A stretch of 62,012 bases of DNA, filler included, from Basidioascus undulatus (GCA_000826855.1; 6 parts of 6 records of this genome joined end to end with filler, not necessarily neighbours in it), one strand, 5' to 3'. Numbered from the whole stretch's first letter, positions 37,852 through 51,904 are shown. The notes: generated by a model from the letters alone, not told the origin. A program made the numbers and translations.

Positions 37852-39958
37852 AGAGGGTGGTGGGAGGAAGAAGGATGCTGAAGGGCCGGGGCGATCGTCA
37901 GCCCATGCAGTCTGAAAATGTATGAGCAGCCGTGACCGTGACGCGTGCAGGCAGCCGGCAATGCCACGAGCGGCATGTAAATTTGGTCTCGCGGCACTCA
38001 AACACCCTTTGGGAAGCTCCCCAAGACCAGTTGATCCATCCCTCGTACATGGCAAAGTAAGTCAACCACGCACCGTCCTTCGACCAGCTGAATGGGACCC
38101 ACACTTTCATGGACGGAAGCGTGCGGAACTCAAAGGTGCTTGAAAATTATAACTATCTACACGAACGTCTGCCATTGCAGTGCAGCGAAATCGTGCTGCA
38201 GCTGAAGGCCGTCAATCTCGTTCATTGGGCTGCGACTCGCATCTCGCTCGCCAAGCTCTAGATCTCTGTGAGACTTATCCTCCACTGGAAGGGTATATCC
38301 GACATATGACTTTCGACGAGACAGCACTTAGCACGAGCCGGTTATGCCGATTCGTCTTGGTCGATATCACAAGCAAGCCGTATTCGCTTACTCGCTCTCA
38401 CGCCGAGTTGATGCATTCTGGCTTCTTCATGACCCTCATTGTGAATTCTTAGATAGTCCTGTCTTTAAAGGCTGTTCCCTAGGCCGTGTTTTGGGTGGGG
38501 AAGAGGACGGCAGGGCAACAGATGAGATGACGGTGTCTCCTTCCGTAGAAGACTTGTTATCGCTAGTGCACATCCCATCCTTGAGGTTTATATTAAACTA
38601 TCAAAATTAAATGTGTACATATCCCCCTTGGACCGCTTTCCGATGCCGGGAAGTCCATCGAGTTGGTCCAGCGGGGTCTTGACAGTAGGCAAGGGTTGGG
38701 AATCGGTCCGTTGCCAGCCTGGCCGCAACCTGTATAGCGCATATGGACTGTTGCTGTCCACTCGTAGGATGATTTTTGGTGTACGATGACGGAACCTAGG
38801 CAGTTGGATGCGGTTTTGCGTGGCTGGAAAACGGGAGGGGTACTAGAAAAAACTGCCTTGTACTAGGATTCAGAGCCTAGAATCCTCCCAGCAGCTTTTC
38901 GAAAGTTCAGAGACTAGGTTAGTGCGAGAGTACTTGCGGACGTGATTGAATTGCGAGACAAAAGCGAGCCAAACAATTAGGTGAAAAGAAACGAAAATCG
39001 CGGCCCGCATCCGTCTTGGCTCCGCGGGTTTGCCGTGCGTCGGACCTTTGAGCTGCTCGCGCCCTCTCATCCATCATCTTGCCCCTCAACCTCACCGCCG
39101 CCTTCGTCGGTGTCTTCCGCCCTTCCTCGCGCTCGCCATTCTTCGCGCACAACATCAACAGCGACCACCGCACTCAAAGAAGGGTCTTTTTCGACACACC
39201 CACACACAACGCCCGACCCGCCCCAGCGCAGCCGTACCGACAGTCCGCGCGCCCGCGCGTCGTGTCGCCGGTTTCGCGTTTCACTCGAAGTGAGTCGCTT
39301 TGTTCGTATGCCAACCTCTGGGAAGAGGTCGGATAGAGAGAGGGCATCTTGGATGGGGTGTTTGCTGGGGTGGGATAGGAGCGAGGAGGAAGGACTGGGC
39401 TGCTGGGCTGGGTGCTAAGCGCAAAGGGGTGTCTTCGCGCCTGGGTCGGGCGTGTTTGTCCCATCGCTCGCGTGCGCCTCAGCGTCCACCTGTTTCTAGG
39501 CGTCCGACCTGCGTACGAGCGCCCGCGTAGCTGCCGAGAAGCCTCGTTCTACCCGCGCCCCATGACATTTTGAACTAACCCAGCTTGTCTGCTCCCTCAG
39601 CCCAGCAACCACCACGCCCCCCACCGTCGCACAATCCCCCAGCATTCACATACCCTCGTCTCTCGTTTAATACCCCGATCCAACTTTCGATATCGCCGCG
39701 GGTCGGCTCGCATCGTAATACAGCTCGTGAGTTGCAATTTTCCTAGAATAGGCACATCCGACGTTGCGCGGAAGATTCGCGATTCCGCGCCGTGCCGTCG
39801 ATACACGTGCTGACCTCGCCTTCCGTTCGCTGCGGCTTTGTCCCACAGAACAAGCTCCACAGCCCACACGCAGCACGCTCGCCATCTTCCATCTCCATCT
39901 CCATCCACACCCTCGCCCACACCGTCCGGGGCCGGTCCTCCATCCACCCACACGCTCC

Positions 39959-41238
39959 ATGGCCACCTCAGCAGCACCCGTTGCGGCTGCCCAGCCCGCG
40001 GAGGACTGGGAGTCTGACCTCGTCCTCGCCTCCCACGCATCCTTCCACATCCGCGACACCTCCGAGCAGAGCGAGTTTGGCGACGACGAGGATGCGGCCG
40101 ACGAGGACGACGAGCAGGCGAGCACGATCAAGGCGACGGGGGCGGCCCTCGTCGGGCTCCCCCCGCCCAAGTCCGCAGCGGCGACCTCCGCCCCCCCGCC
40201 CGCGCAGACGCTCATCAGCGCCGACGACAATGACTTCGAGTCGGACTTTGAGCTCGGCCCGCGGACGACGCAGACGCTGTCCCTCACGCCGCTGATCGCG
40301 CGGCAGCGCTCGCGCCCGACGCTCGAGCAGGAGCGCCTGCTCTGGGGCGATTCTGCGACGTCCCCCTCGACGAACTCCAACTCAACCCCGACGTCCTCAT
40401 CGTTTAACACCATCTTCCACTCGTCCCCCGGCTCGTCCGCGACTTCCACCGCGCCCGAGTCGGACCTCTCGGACCTCTCCGACGGCGAGGGCTTCCTAGA
40501 GGGCATCGTCCTCCCGCCTGGCTTCTTCGACGCGGGGGGGAAGGCCCTCCGCGCGCGCATGGAGGCTAAGATGCGCGAGAAGGTCGGCCTCCGCAGCCCG
40601 AGCGAGGCGGGTGAGCCGTTCGAGAGCGGGCTCGTCATCACCGAGGACATCGAGCTCAGCCCGAGCCGCATCGAGCGCGGGCTTGGAGCACACCAGAAGT
40701 ACCACCACCGCCGACGGACGACCACCGCCCTCGCGTCCGCGTCCGCCCCGCACGCGCAGCACCGGCCGCGGCACATCCGCGCGGGCACGACCCCCGCACT
40801 CAACGTCGTCTCCGCCTCCCCGCTCCGCACATCCCCCGCCCTCACCCGAAAGGGCTCCGCGACTTCTCTTCGGCAGCAGCAGCGCGCGCCCTCTCCCGCG
40901 GGGACGACCCTCCGTCCCAAGCAGAGCCCGACCCACCCGTCCAAGACCCCCTCACGAATGCAGCGCCGCGGCTCCCTCTCCTCTCTCACCGGCGCACCCG
41001 AGCTCCCCGCGTCCACGCGCAGCCCAACCAACCCCGCCGCGCGCGCAATGCTCCCGCACCACGCGTACACGCTCCGCCCGAGCCGCTCGACTTTGCACAT
41101 CAATGTCAACAACCCCCACTCCACCAACACCGGCACGGGCACGAGCTCGCGCCGCTCGCCCTCCCCGCTCCTCACGCACTCCCCATCCACCATGCCCCCC
41201 CCCCCCTCCTCCTCCTCCTCCAAGACTCGCAGGCCTCC
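39959..41238 (+). CDS. Acidic, Ser/Pro-rich protein, N-terminal part, possibly Byr4/Bfa1-like; truncated by the gap
   Basis: Open frame of about 426 codons from ATG 39959 with EDWESDL, DDNDFESDFEL, EGFLEGIVLP and FESGLVITEDIELSPSR. Family assignment is by recollection only. Confidence 0.5.
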
Positions 41239-41338
41239 NNNNNNNNNNNNNNNNNNNNNNNNNNNNNNNNNNNNNNNNNNNNTTAATTAATTAANNNNNN
41301 NNNNNNNNNNNNNNNNNNNNNNNNNNNNNNNNNNNNNN
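41239..41338. other. Artificial contig-joining linker
   Basis: 44 N + TTAATTAATTAA + 44 N. Confidence 0.99.
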
Positions 41339-43096
41339 TGAGGAGGTAGTATAAAACGCAGCGCCACGCGTTATGCATCGTCAGGCCCATCCCTCGAAGC
41401 TTGCGTCCAGCTCATCCGTCCGCACCCAAGCTCTTCAACAGAAACCCCTCGTCTGGTGATTAACGGATCGGTCATTTCAGGCTCGCACGCTCCCCTTTTA
41501 ACAACGTGGGGAAACTCACTCATTTGCGTCGTGCTAATCTCGTCTGGCAACGCCGCGTCCAGCTCCGCTTGCGAAGCAGTCATGTGGCTGCCTCCCGACA
41601 TGAGAAGATCCTGCACGTCCGAGTTTCGCAATCAAGCGGTGCGACCAGGGGGTCGGATTGCCTCTGTCCGGGCATGGGTCTTGGTCGAAAGACCAATCGC
41701 TGCGCTGGAGTAGTCAGTCAGACCTCTCAAGGCTGCGCAGTGCGTCGAAGGCGTACATGTTGGGACAGCCACTTTTGCGGGATCCACAGTAAGCATGGGG
41801 TTTATGCCTAAAATGCTTGATTTTTCCATACCGATGTCTCCATTGGTTGGGGGTTATCATGTTCTCAATAGATGTGAAAAGGTCGATCAAGCAGCAACGC
41901 CAGGCTGTCCATCGCCAGACTCAGGTTATCATGCGCCGACGCTGGCACTGTAAGAATGGTACGCACTTAAAACTACTGACTATTCCCAAAACACGCTCTC
42001 CAGGCCGCCGTTCTGCTCCAGACGACGTATTGCTGGTGTCGAATAAGTGTGAGGTGAGCGTCGGTGGGGGCTGGACTCAGCGGCAGGGCACGCACCCGTG
42101 CTCACAATACTCTTCGTGCCCTTTCGCTCCCAGGATTATTCCCTCTGCGTGGTACGGATGCACTGCGGTGAAGCGCCGTGTACCTCCCCTGCCACGCCCC
42201 GCAGTCGGCGGTCTTGTTCCGCTCGAGCGTGTCGCGGACGATGGCGTCGTATGCATCGCGCGCGGCGCGATCGGATCCTACAACGCCCTCATATACGCAT
42301 AAATGGGATGGGGAGAGAGGCAACGAGGTTGCCGCCTTGCGAGAGAGGGAGAGGGCGAGCTTCGAGGAAGCCGAGTCGGTGGAGGGCGAGAAGGAATATG
42401 TGCGCAGGACGTCTCGATTGGAGTAGAGGTGACGGGATGCCAATGTGGCGAAGAAAGAGAAAACATTTGCTGGCCCTGCATGGAGGACGTGGAAAGTGAT
42501 CTGTCAGTGAAGACGGCACTTAAATGCGAGCGAAGTCTGAGCGACAGTCGCACAAGAGGCGGGGACGTACGCGTCAAGCAAGTGAGCAGCACTGGCTGCG
42601 GCGGCACGTGCTAACCTTCTCGAGAGGATAAGAGCCATCGGGATGGCCTTTTTGGACAATCGATGGTGGTGGTCGACGCGAGAGAGACGGGCAAACGCGA
42701 ACATGCGACTGAAGGGACCTCGAAGGCACGACCTCGATGCGAAGGAGGCCGAACTTGCCGTCAACTGTCCAGCAACGATCGGTCCATTCAGTTGGTTCCG
42801 ACGAACGCGGGCCTCGGCTATCCTGCGAGCAAGCGTTGCGTCGAGTCCACTGCCTGGGATTCGGTCAAAGAGCACAAGCCAGCGTTCGACCTCGCTACCA
42901 TCTGCGCGGGTATCTGATCACTATCCCTGCTCCTTTCCCTCTTCTCCTCTCACTCTAAAAAAGCGAACGCAACTCAGGAACCGATGATTTTCGAACCAAA
43001 CTTGCACCACGTACTCCCCTCGGCCGCGCAGCATGAACACATCCTCGGCAATCGTCTACTCCCTCATCGACGGCTCCCGCTCTGAAGTCACCCACC

Positions 43097-43624
43097 ATGG
43101 TTCATTTCTCGTTCGACGTCGGGGAGGTCGCGGAGGTGCACATTAAACCGCTGGAGATCCATAGCGCTGATGGGCGGCGCTCCCTCGTGCGCGGGGGAAC
43201 TTTTGGATTTCAGGAGGTGGGTGCGCGCGTCTTCAGGTTCTCAGCCATATCTATCTCGCTTGACCTACTTTCTGATTTCCCTCTTCTTTAGGCATGCGAC
43301 TACCTCCGCACCGTCTACCCCGACCTGCTCATCCCCGTCTGGAACCCGGGCGAGAAGCTGCCCGGGCCGGTGGCCAAGGTAGAGACGACATCTGCCCGAG
43401 AGATTCTGGGCGTTAAGTTCATCGGTTGGAATAAGCAGCCGGTGGACACGGTTGAGAGGCTTCTGGAGATGCGCAAAGAGTTGGGGCCCAAACGGAACCG
43501 CCTGAGCCATCTTTTACTTTGTTCATCGATCATAGACGCTGAATTGCTTGACATCGCTGTGCCACGAGATGTCGGACCTTTGCTTTCCTTAAGTTTGACC
43601 CGATTCACTTCTTTCTCCAGATAA
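43097..43624 (+). CDS. Hypothetical two-exon protein or gene relic
   Basis: MVHFSFDVGEV...FGFQE, a GTGGGT..TTTAG intron (43217-43291), then ACDYLRTVYPDLLIPVWNPGEKLPG...FTSFSR*. Confidence 0.35.
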
Positions 43625-44209
43625 TTGAACAGAGGCAACAGGCGCACGGCTGCGCCACAGTTGGCAATGCGGGTCTTGCCCACACAAGCGGTCCGCGACT
43701 CTTTAGTGGTGCTTCGAAGAAGTCCGCGCCAGCTTCTTGTGAAAGTATGGAAGTCCGCGCTGAACGCACCTATTCAGCACACTCGAGATGGTGCATCGCA
43801 CAGAGCACGGCAAAGGGTTTCGACTCGACACGACCCCCTTGCAAAACTTCACCTTTGCAGTCGTCAGCGAAGCTCGTTCGTACACTCTCGCAAGTCTAGT
43901 TAATTACCAACATATTGTACCGTCACTCGGTCTAAGCAGATGCTCCATTTTCAAGAACGGAACTTCCTACATTCCAACCAGACGCTTCTTCCGTCCTCCG
44001 TCGTCCTTCGCCTGGTTGCCAGGCAGTCCAAACGCCCTGCCATTCAAGCGCACCCAACATCCACGTCAACATCCGAGGACACGAGATAATGTTCGATGTC
44101 TCTTTGACACATTGCAAACCCTCCAGCGCGTTCTAAGCGTTCATCCACTCTCAAGACCCCCAATCCTAATTTCTCTCGGCCTCGCGCTCTCACCTCTCCC
44201 TCTCCCGTC

Positions 44210-47200
44210 TCACTCCCGGACCACATACTTCTCCACCCACTCCAAGCCAGCCTTGAACCCCGCGACCTCCGCCTCGACCGAGTCGAGCGCGTGGCCCGTC
44301 TTGTCGAATACGAGGAGCTCGACGTCGACGTCTTGCTTCTGGCGGAGGGCGTGGTACCATGCCTGCATGGGAGGGCCCGGGTTAGAAGAGTGGGGATGAG
44401 GAGGAACAGAGAGGGGAGAGAGAGAGGGAGGAAGGGAGAAGAGGGGACGGGCCCGAGTCTGCGGGAAGGGGACACGCTTGTCGTCTGCACCTGCGAGGAG
44501 GACTGCGAGACGCACGGCCTGTCAGCTTTCTTTCCTGTATCCAGAAACGGATGGGATGCACGTACGGGTCGCAGCCTTGACGTGCTTGGCGTTGACGATA
44601 GGCGAGATGGCCTGTCGCGCACAATACGAGCGATCAGGTCGTGAACAGGCGAAGGCGGGGAACAAGAAGGAACGTTGGGGAAGGAGACAGGGTAGACGGA
44701 GGGAGAAGGGGGAAGGGGAGGACGTGCGGTGAAAAGGGAGGAGGGTATACGGGGGAAGGAGAGAAAGGAAACGTAGCGCACCTGCATCTTCCCATACTCC
44801 TCCTGCGTCGGTGCCTGGGGCACCTTCCCCTCATAAGGGTAGGGCAGCCCTCCCTCAGCGTAGCACCTTCCCAAACCTCCCCGTGTCAGTGCGTTCCCCC
44901 CCCGCCCATTCCGCGAGACAGTGGAAGGCACACCAGTCCGGGATGTCCGTCTGCGTCGCGTTCGGGCCGAGGGAGATGACGGGGTTGCGGAGGATGGCGG
45001 CGGAGAAGGTATTGGGGTATTTCGAAGAAAGGTGCGCCGTGAGCCACCCGCCGTGGCTGCCGCCGAAGACGAATCTGCGTCCCTCTCTCTCCGAGGTCAG
45101 CACCATCCCACCATCCCCCATACTCCCATCCTAACATCCCCGCATCCTCCCTTCTCCACCGCGTATGAAAGGAACGCACAGCTTCCCCCTCCCCTCCGTC
45201 GCCCACCCGCGCTCAAGAACAGCATCCAGCACGTCCCAACAGTCCTGCACGTCCAGCTCCCCAATGCGGCCGACGAGCGCGCGCACCCACCGCTCGCCGA
45301 AGCCGAGCGAGCCGACGTAGTTGGGGAGCGCGAGGGTGTACCCTGCGCAGGTGAGCGCGGCGGTCGAGGCGGAGAAGGCGGTGGTTGTTGTTGAGTGGGG
45401 GCCTGGGGGTGGCAGGACGCAGGCGTGAGTTGGGAGTCGGGAAGGGGGGACGGGGAGGAGGGGAGGGAAGGGGACAGGGCGTACCGCCGTGCGGGAAGAG
45501 GACGAGCGGGAGCGGCGTGGGATTGGGGGAGGCGGTGAGGGGCGAGGGGGAAAGGACGAGCGCCTCGAGGGCCGAGTCCTTGTGGGGCTTGATAATCGTG
45601 CTCGAGAGGCTTGCGAGCGCGTCGCGGGCTGGTCGACATCCTCCATTGCGGTCAGCGTGGAGTGAAATGTACCGACCTGCGCGCGGACGTACCCTCCTGC
45701 GGGAATTTCGGCTCCTCCAGCACCTCCCACTCGACCTCCCCCTCGCCCCTCAAAGACCCCAACCAAAGCGACGCCGGCTCATCGAGCCTGCTCCTACTTG
45801 CAACAATTCGTTCCTCCCCGTCCGTTCCCAGAACATCCCAGCTCGCCCTCACGCGCCCCTCCCGCTCCCCCTCCTCCCCATCATCCCCACTCACAGCCCG
45901 CACTTCCCCGTCCTCCAAAGAAACAAGGACGACCTCCCCCCTGCTCCCCCACGTGCTCCCCGCTACCACCGCCTTCCCACCATGCAAGAACGGCTGGCTG
46001 GGGAGCTGGTTGATGTACAGCCCGGGGAAACCGCCAGGGGAGGACGGCTCCCAGACGGAGGTGACGAGTTCGCGCTGCGCGGTGAGGGAGGAGAGCGAGC
46101 GCGAGGGGAAGGAAGCGGAGTGCAGCGAGGCGGTCGACGCGTGCGGACCGCCGAGAGGGTTCGAGATGTACACGAGCGTGCCTGCCCCCGAGGAGGAGGG
46201 GACGAAGCGCGGGCTACGCGCGGAGACGGATGGGGACGAGATCGGGAGCGCGTCGCCCCCCGATAGCGGGGCAGCGTAGATCCGCGCGGGGCGGTTCTGG
46301 CTGTTCTCGGGCATCAGCGAGTGCATTCTGAGAGGGAAGGGCGATGGGACAACGCACCAGTAGATGATACCCAGCCGCCGCCCGTCCGGCAGCTCGGGGT
46401 AGGCGGTGAAGAAGACGCTCTCGTCCGCGGGGCCGAAGACGGGCTGGCCGAGGGAGAGGGTGGGCGGCAGGTTGGGCGGACGGATCGCCCGGGGTGTAGA
46501 GGACGTGGAGGAGAGGGTGAGGTGGTAGATCGTTGGCGTGAGGAGGGTGGTGGGGAACTTCTCGCCCCTGGAGGAAGGGGTCAGTGGATGTGAGACGGAG
46601 GGGGAGAGAGGAGAGGAAGAGGGAGAGGGAGAGGAAGGAAAACGCACCACGCAGGGATGTAGCGGTGCTTGTCGAAGGTCGATTCGGGGGCGTCCGACTC
46701 GGATGACTTGGGTGGGATGAGAGGCTTCGCTTCGGCCGTGTAGCTGATAGCGGACTCGTCGCTGGACCAGGCGAGGGGTCCAAAAGTGTCTAATCCCGTC
46801 GTCTCATCAAATCAGCGTGCTCCTCCCCTCGACGCTTCCCAGTCCACACTCACCGTCCCCCCTGAACTCCCCATGCACCGCACTGACGTCCCACTCCCTC
46901 TCCCTCAGCCCGCCCTCCAAATCCCATAGCTCGACCCACCCCGTCTTCTTGCCCCCCTCGCCAACCACCTGGCGCAGGACGACCTGCTTCCTACCCGAGG
47001 GGGACGGGGAAACGAGGACGGCGTCCCCGACGTCTGTAGGTGCCGAGCGCGCGGCCACGCCGGAGGGGGAGAGGAAGAGCGTCTTGCTGAGCGTGGACTT
47101 GAGCTCGCGCGGGTGGTGCCGCTGCGAGAGGGTGAGGTGCAGCGTGGGGGAGGAGCGCGAGAGGGAGGCGGTCAGGTACGAGGGGAGGCGCGTGAGGGTG

Positions 47201-47305
47201 ACGAAGAGGTCGCTGGGGGAGTGTGCTGGTGAGCATGGGGGAAGCCTATGATCACACAGTTGAGACGCACTTCGCCTCCTTCTGGTTCAGGATCTTCGTG
47301 GACAT
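44210..47305 (-). CDS. Acylaminoacyl peptidase (acylamino-acid-releasing enzyme, peptidase S9C), multi-exon
   Basis: PHG-GPHS, LPNYVGSLGFGE, IGELDVQDC, GGSHGGWL (catalytic Ser), RNPVI, TDIPDW, GADDKRVP (Asp), GHALD (His); N-terminal propeller region with DGRRLGIIY and GFPGLY. Confidence 0.92.
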
Positions 47306-47803
47306 GGCTCTAGTCTCTGCGGGAATGGCCGTTCGAAGCGCTGTATCACGATGCGGATGCGATGAGCGATCGACCCGAATGCAAACAAGGTAGCAACGTC
47401 GGGCTTACTGCTGGGAATCGTGGACCTGGACAGGCGCTTTGTGAGAGCGGCAGCGACTGTGAACATCCAGTATCGGGATTGCTGGGCGCAAGAGCACGGA
47501 AGTTCACAAATATAAGGCGGAAAGGGGCGACGGGACTTCGGGAGCGAGATGCTGGCGAGCTCGCGACGTCTTCTGGTTGCACATGCTGGTGCGCAACTCA
47601 CGTGACCGAACTAACTAGGCCCGGCGCGATTGCCCTCTTTCCCCTTCCGCCTGTTCCGCCATCCACGTCCTGTCTTCCGACCGACCCGCAACAATCCCTC
47701 AAAATGGCGTATCGCAGCCAAGCCATCCCGGCTCAACTCACAACTTCCCACTCTTCCCCTCGTCCCGCATCCCGCATCATAACCGCACCGCCGCACGTCC
47801 GCC

Positions 47804-48164
47804 ATGCCCCCCACGGAGCTCTACCCCGCCCTCTCACCTCTTTCGATCAGCCTCATCCCATCTTCCTCGGAGCCGACCGGCAGTACCCGCCCGACCGGAC
47901 TCCGCAACGGCGACGTCAACCGTCTCCCAAGCAGCTTGCACAAGGCCGGTGCCGCGCTCCATGCGCAGGCGCTGGCGCAGGTGCAGGCGCCGCAGCCACA
48001 GCGACAAGCGGGGGTGCCGCGCGCGAGGGGCGCGGGTGCGAGGGCACTCGTCCGTGGGGTGGGGGTGCAGGAGAGGAAGAAGGAAAAGGAGAAGGAGGAG
48101 AACGGTGAGGATCCCCGCTGCGAACGATAAATGTAACGAATCAGACCACACGGTTTAAATCAGA
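47804..48164 (+). CDS. Probable first exon of a hypothetical protein, truncated by the gap
   Basis: GCCATG start, MPPTELYPALSPLSISLIP...KKEKEKEEN, then a GTGAGG donor-like site near 48104. Confidence 0.4.
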
Positions 48165-48264
48165 NNNNNNNNNNNNNNNNNNNNNNNNNNNNNNNNNNNN
48201 NNNNNNNNTTAATTAATTAANNNNNNNNNNNNNNNNNNNNNNNNNNNNNNNNNNNNNNNNNNNN
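48165..48264. other. Artificial contig-joining linker
   Basis: 44 N + TTAATTAATTAA + 44 N. Confidence 0.99.
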
Positions 48265-48347
48265 CCCGCAAACTTCTCCTCCAGCTCGCCGTTCTCGTTG
48301 ACGATCGTGATCTTCTCGCGCGTGAAGAGGCTCTTCACAGCGTCCAT
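48265..48347 (-). CDS. N-terminus of a protein running into the gap (possibly a JEN1-like MFS carboxylate transporter)
   Basis: CACCATGG context and MDAVKSLFTREKITIVNENGELEEKFA with strong codon bias. The family guess rests on weak resemblance only. Confidence 0.35.
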
Positions 48348-49353
48348 GGTGGGCTTGAAGTTGCAGCAAGCGCCTTAGAGCAGGAGCGGTGAGCGGTGAA
48401 GAAGGTGAGAAGGGTAAATGAAAGGGAAAGGCAGACAGACGCAGTCGGTCGTTTCTTGACTGGCAGTCGTTCTCACAGCCTCGCAGCCCCTGCAAGGCAA
48501 CGAGACTTTAGCACGCGGATCATCCGACCGATCTCTGCGATGATAAACGCCAAGGATTTTCCAAGCTGCAGTTCTATTTCCAGGGACGTCGTGTTGTGCA
48601 CATGTAGCGAGGACCGCAAGCGGACATTGACGGCGAAAATGGTCAGCTGAGTGCACTGCGCCGCGTCCCCATTGCCAAGTTGAAAGTTTGCTGCCTTGCA
48701 AACGGTATTCGCGGGTGACTGTGGCAGTATCCGTACACACGCTCTACGCTTGCGCTGTGCTTATCAGAAGCGCATGCGGTTCGAGGCCCGGTTAACGGCG
48801 GACAGATCTAACTCGGAAGCAGAGGCTCTTCAGCGAACGGCAGCGAACGCAGCTATGCCATCGATGTAGTGATTCTGGCCGAGCACACACGATGAAGACC
48901 CCCAACATCTGACTCCTGCGCTGTTCCTGGTCGGCTTACTATGGAATTTCTGTGACACACCAGGCCGGAGAGGCCTTGGCCTTTTAGACACACCTTCCCG
49001 GACGGAACTCGCGAGAAGCGTGTATCGGCAGGTCCGGAGCTGTTCAAGTAGTGCCAGCCTTGAAAAAATGATCAACTGGAAGAAGAGCCAAGGTGAACGA
49101 GTGAAGCGAACCGCCGCGCGACCTGACTGAGCGACAGCGCTGCATCGGCGGTCAAGACTGCATTTTTCAAAGAGCGGAACAGCTTTCTCACCTACTTTAC
49201 GTAGAGTTCCACGGAAAGATTTACACATTTTTCTTCAAACTGATCATCGTCATCAAGAGTACATTGCCCGCACGTCATCATCGTACAAGTCCCGCTCTCT
49301 TCCTCTCCGGCTCCCTCCCTTCTCCTGCTCCTGCCCTCGCTCCCGCCCCTCGC

Positions 49354-51904
49354 TCAGAGCTTCTCGTCCCTTGGCATCTGGCGCATCGCCTGGCGGACGC
49401 CGAGGTCGCCCAGGACCTCCTCTGCGCCGCCGAGGAGCGCATTGAACTTGGTCGTGCGGTGGAACATCTCGATGACGCGGCCCATGCCTGTCTTGGCTGT
49501 TTCACGGAGTTAGACACATTTATCAGCTTTAGTTATTTTTTGAGGAAGATAGGAACGGAAGGGTGGAGGGGGGTAGGAGACGCACTGATACCGCGCCCAC
49601 CAAAGATCTGGACGGCGTCGTCGGCGATCTCGTGCTCGACACGAGTGCACTGCGTGGCGAGTCGAACGTCAGTAACATGCCGAAGCTCGAACAAACATAA
49701 ATTCTAAAAAGTATAAATTGTTACTTACATACATCTTGAGCAGACCAATAACACCCGCAAGGTGCTTGCTCTGCTCCTTATACGACATCTGCGCCCCCCT
49801 CCCCGAGTCAGCTTTCCCAGTCCCCCCAAAAGTAATTAAAGTAATTTTTTGACAAACCTTGGTCATCTGCAGCGTGACGCTCTCGAGCCAGCTCTGCGCC
49901 GCCTCGACCTTTGCGATCATGTGCGCGAGCTTCTGACGGATGACGGGCTGCGCGAGGAGGCTCTTGCCGAAGACCTTGCGCTGGTTCGCCCACTTGAGGC
50001 ATTCCTCCACCACAAGACGCGAACCGCGCGCGCTTCCTGCACACATGACCCATCTCTCGTGCTATAAAACAAGTATAAAACGTCAGAAGAATTTCGGTTT
50101 AAGTCCCGGAGAAGAGACGGGAGGCCTACGTTGAAGTTGGAGAGGATGACGAGCAGCCCGCCGTCCTCCGGACCAAGGGTGTTCTCGACAGGGACCTTGA
50201 CGTCTGTTGTGTAATATAATCAGCTATAAAACACGTAATAACTAAGGGTAGGGTAAGATGGATTTGAGCGACGCACTGTCAAATGTGATGAACGCCGTGC
50301 CTGCCGTCGTCGAGTAGCTCGTCTTGATCTGCTTGGTGTTGACGTTGTCGTCACGCTCGATGAGGATCATCGTCAGGCCGTTCTCGGTCTTGCAGCCGAC
50401 GGAGAAGTAGTCCCTGCGATCCAATCCCCCGCGTCAGCCTGCGCGCCCATCGCCAAGAAGTACTTTGAAGGGAAAAGATACGCACGAGAACGTCCCATTC
50501 GTGATCCACTTCTTGGTGCCGTTGACGATCCAGTGCTTGCCGTCGGGCGTCTTCTTCGCCGTTGTGCGCAGGCCGGCGACGTCCGAGCCCGCGAACGCCT
50601 CCGAGATGGCGAGCGAGATGAACTTCTTGCCGGCGAAGATGTCGGGGACGATGCGCCTGAAGTGATTTCACATAGGATAAGAATATGTTCAAATGAGGGA
50701 AGAAAAGGTGCGAGTCGAAAGGAGGGGGATCGGGGCAGCGAACGCACTTCTGGAGCTCGGGGTTGCCGAAGTTGAGCACGGGCGGGAGACCGATGACCAT
50801 CCCACCAAGCACTGCCCGCCAATACGCTCATCAGCTTCGTTTCCCTTGCGCGCTTCTCAAAACCGAGAGGTGTACTCACTGCCGTCCGAATATCCCCTCT
50901 GCCCATGCCGCACGAACTCCTGGGTGATGATGAGCTCGTGGAAGTAGTCAAACTCCTCGGGCGTGACGACCCCGCCGGCGAGCGTGCGGCCCTTGAGGTG
51001 CTTTCCCGGGCCTAGGCGCATCGCGTGGATCTCGAGCTCGGCCATCTTGGCGAGGACCGAGTCGGACGGGCGCTTGCCGTCGTTCTCGCGCGCGATCGCG
51101 TCCGGCGTGAGGTACGTGTCCGTGAACTCGCGCATCGCCTTCTGAAGGCGGCGGTGGGACTAGGGGTGCGGGGAGGTTTAGTTGGACGAGCGGGAAGGGG
51201 AGAACGGGGGGGACGCACGTTCTTGTAGTACGGCGAGGAGAACTGGGGGACCAGCCAGGTGGGCTCGGCGAAGGGGACTGGAAAGCAGAGCACCGTGAGC
51301 TTGGTAACATGGGGTAATGTGATGGAGGAGACGAACCACGCGAGAGGTCACCCGGCTTGGGCTCGCGGATGACGCTCTTCTGGCCCTCGACCTGGCCGAC
51401 GATGAAGCGCTTGTATTGGGGCTTCACGAGCACCTCCAGCCTGAACGCGCGGAATATTCCCCTCTCAGTTCTCCAGTTTCCCCGAGCCAACTTCGGAGAG
51501 ATGAGACGCACCTGTGGAGGTTGAAGAACTGCTCGGTCGCATCCTGACCGGCGATGTCCTCGTCGAAGAAGACCGCCGCGCCACCGGGATGGAGGTTGGC
51601 GAACTTAGAGACGTCGTAAACCTGAAGATCAAAAAAGACGTGAGTAATTCGCCTTGAGTTCCGCTGCGTCGTGGCGAGGTGGACGCACCTTGGAGTCGAT
51701 GATGATCCAGACTTTGCCACAAACCCGCACCTCGTCAATCCCCCGGTTTGTCCTTACTATTGAACCGATGCTCACCATCACCAGGCTTGTTGTGCTGTTG
51801 TTCAAGATTCCAATCAGCACAATTTGCGCCGATTCAACTCGTGTCACACAAAGACGAACCTTGGCGACCTCCTCGCGCGGGATCTGCTTCAGCTCGCCAG
51901 CCAT
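49354..51904 (-). CDS. Acyl-CoA dehydrogenase with N-terminal cytochrome b5-like domain
   Basis: WIIIDSK-VYDVSKFANLHPGG...GQDATEQFFNLH (b5 domain); VPFAEPTWL, LAISEAFAGSDVAG, NGTKKWITNG, QRKVFGKSLLAQPVIRQK, VQIFGGRG, LGGAEEVL, RQMPRDEKL*. Confidence 0.95.

Noticed and set aside
39667..41223. 518-aa minus-strand ORF and similar long antisense ORFs elsewhere (for example 54428-55141 and 60216-61181)
   Set aside because: These are shadow ORFs of GC-rich sense-strand genes and show no independent motifs.
41371..42900. Fragmented minus-strand ORFs
   Set aside because: Stops interrupt them and I recognise no domain or consistent splice model; they may be a relic but cannot be supported.
49354..51904. 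Cytochrome b5 / acyl-CoA dehydrogenase fusion as a novelty
   Set aside because: This domain architecture is common and already known in fungi.
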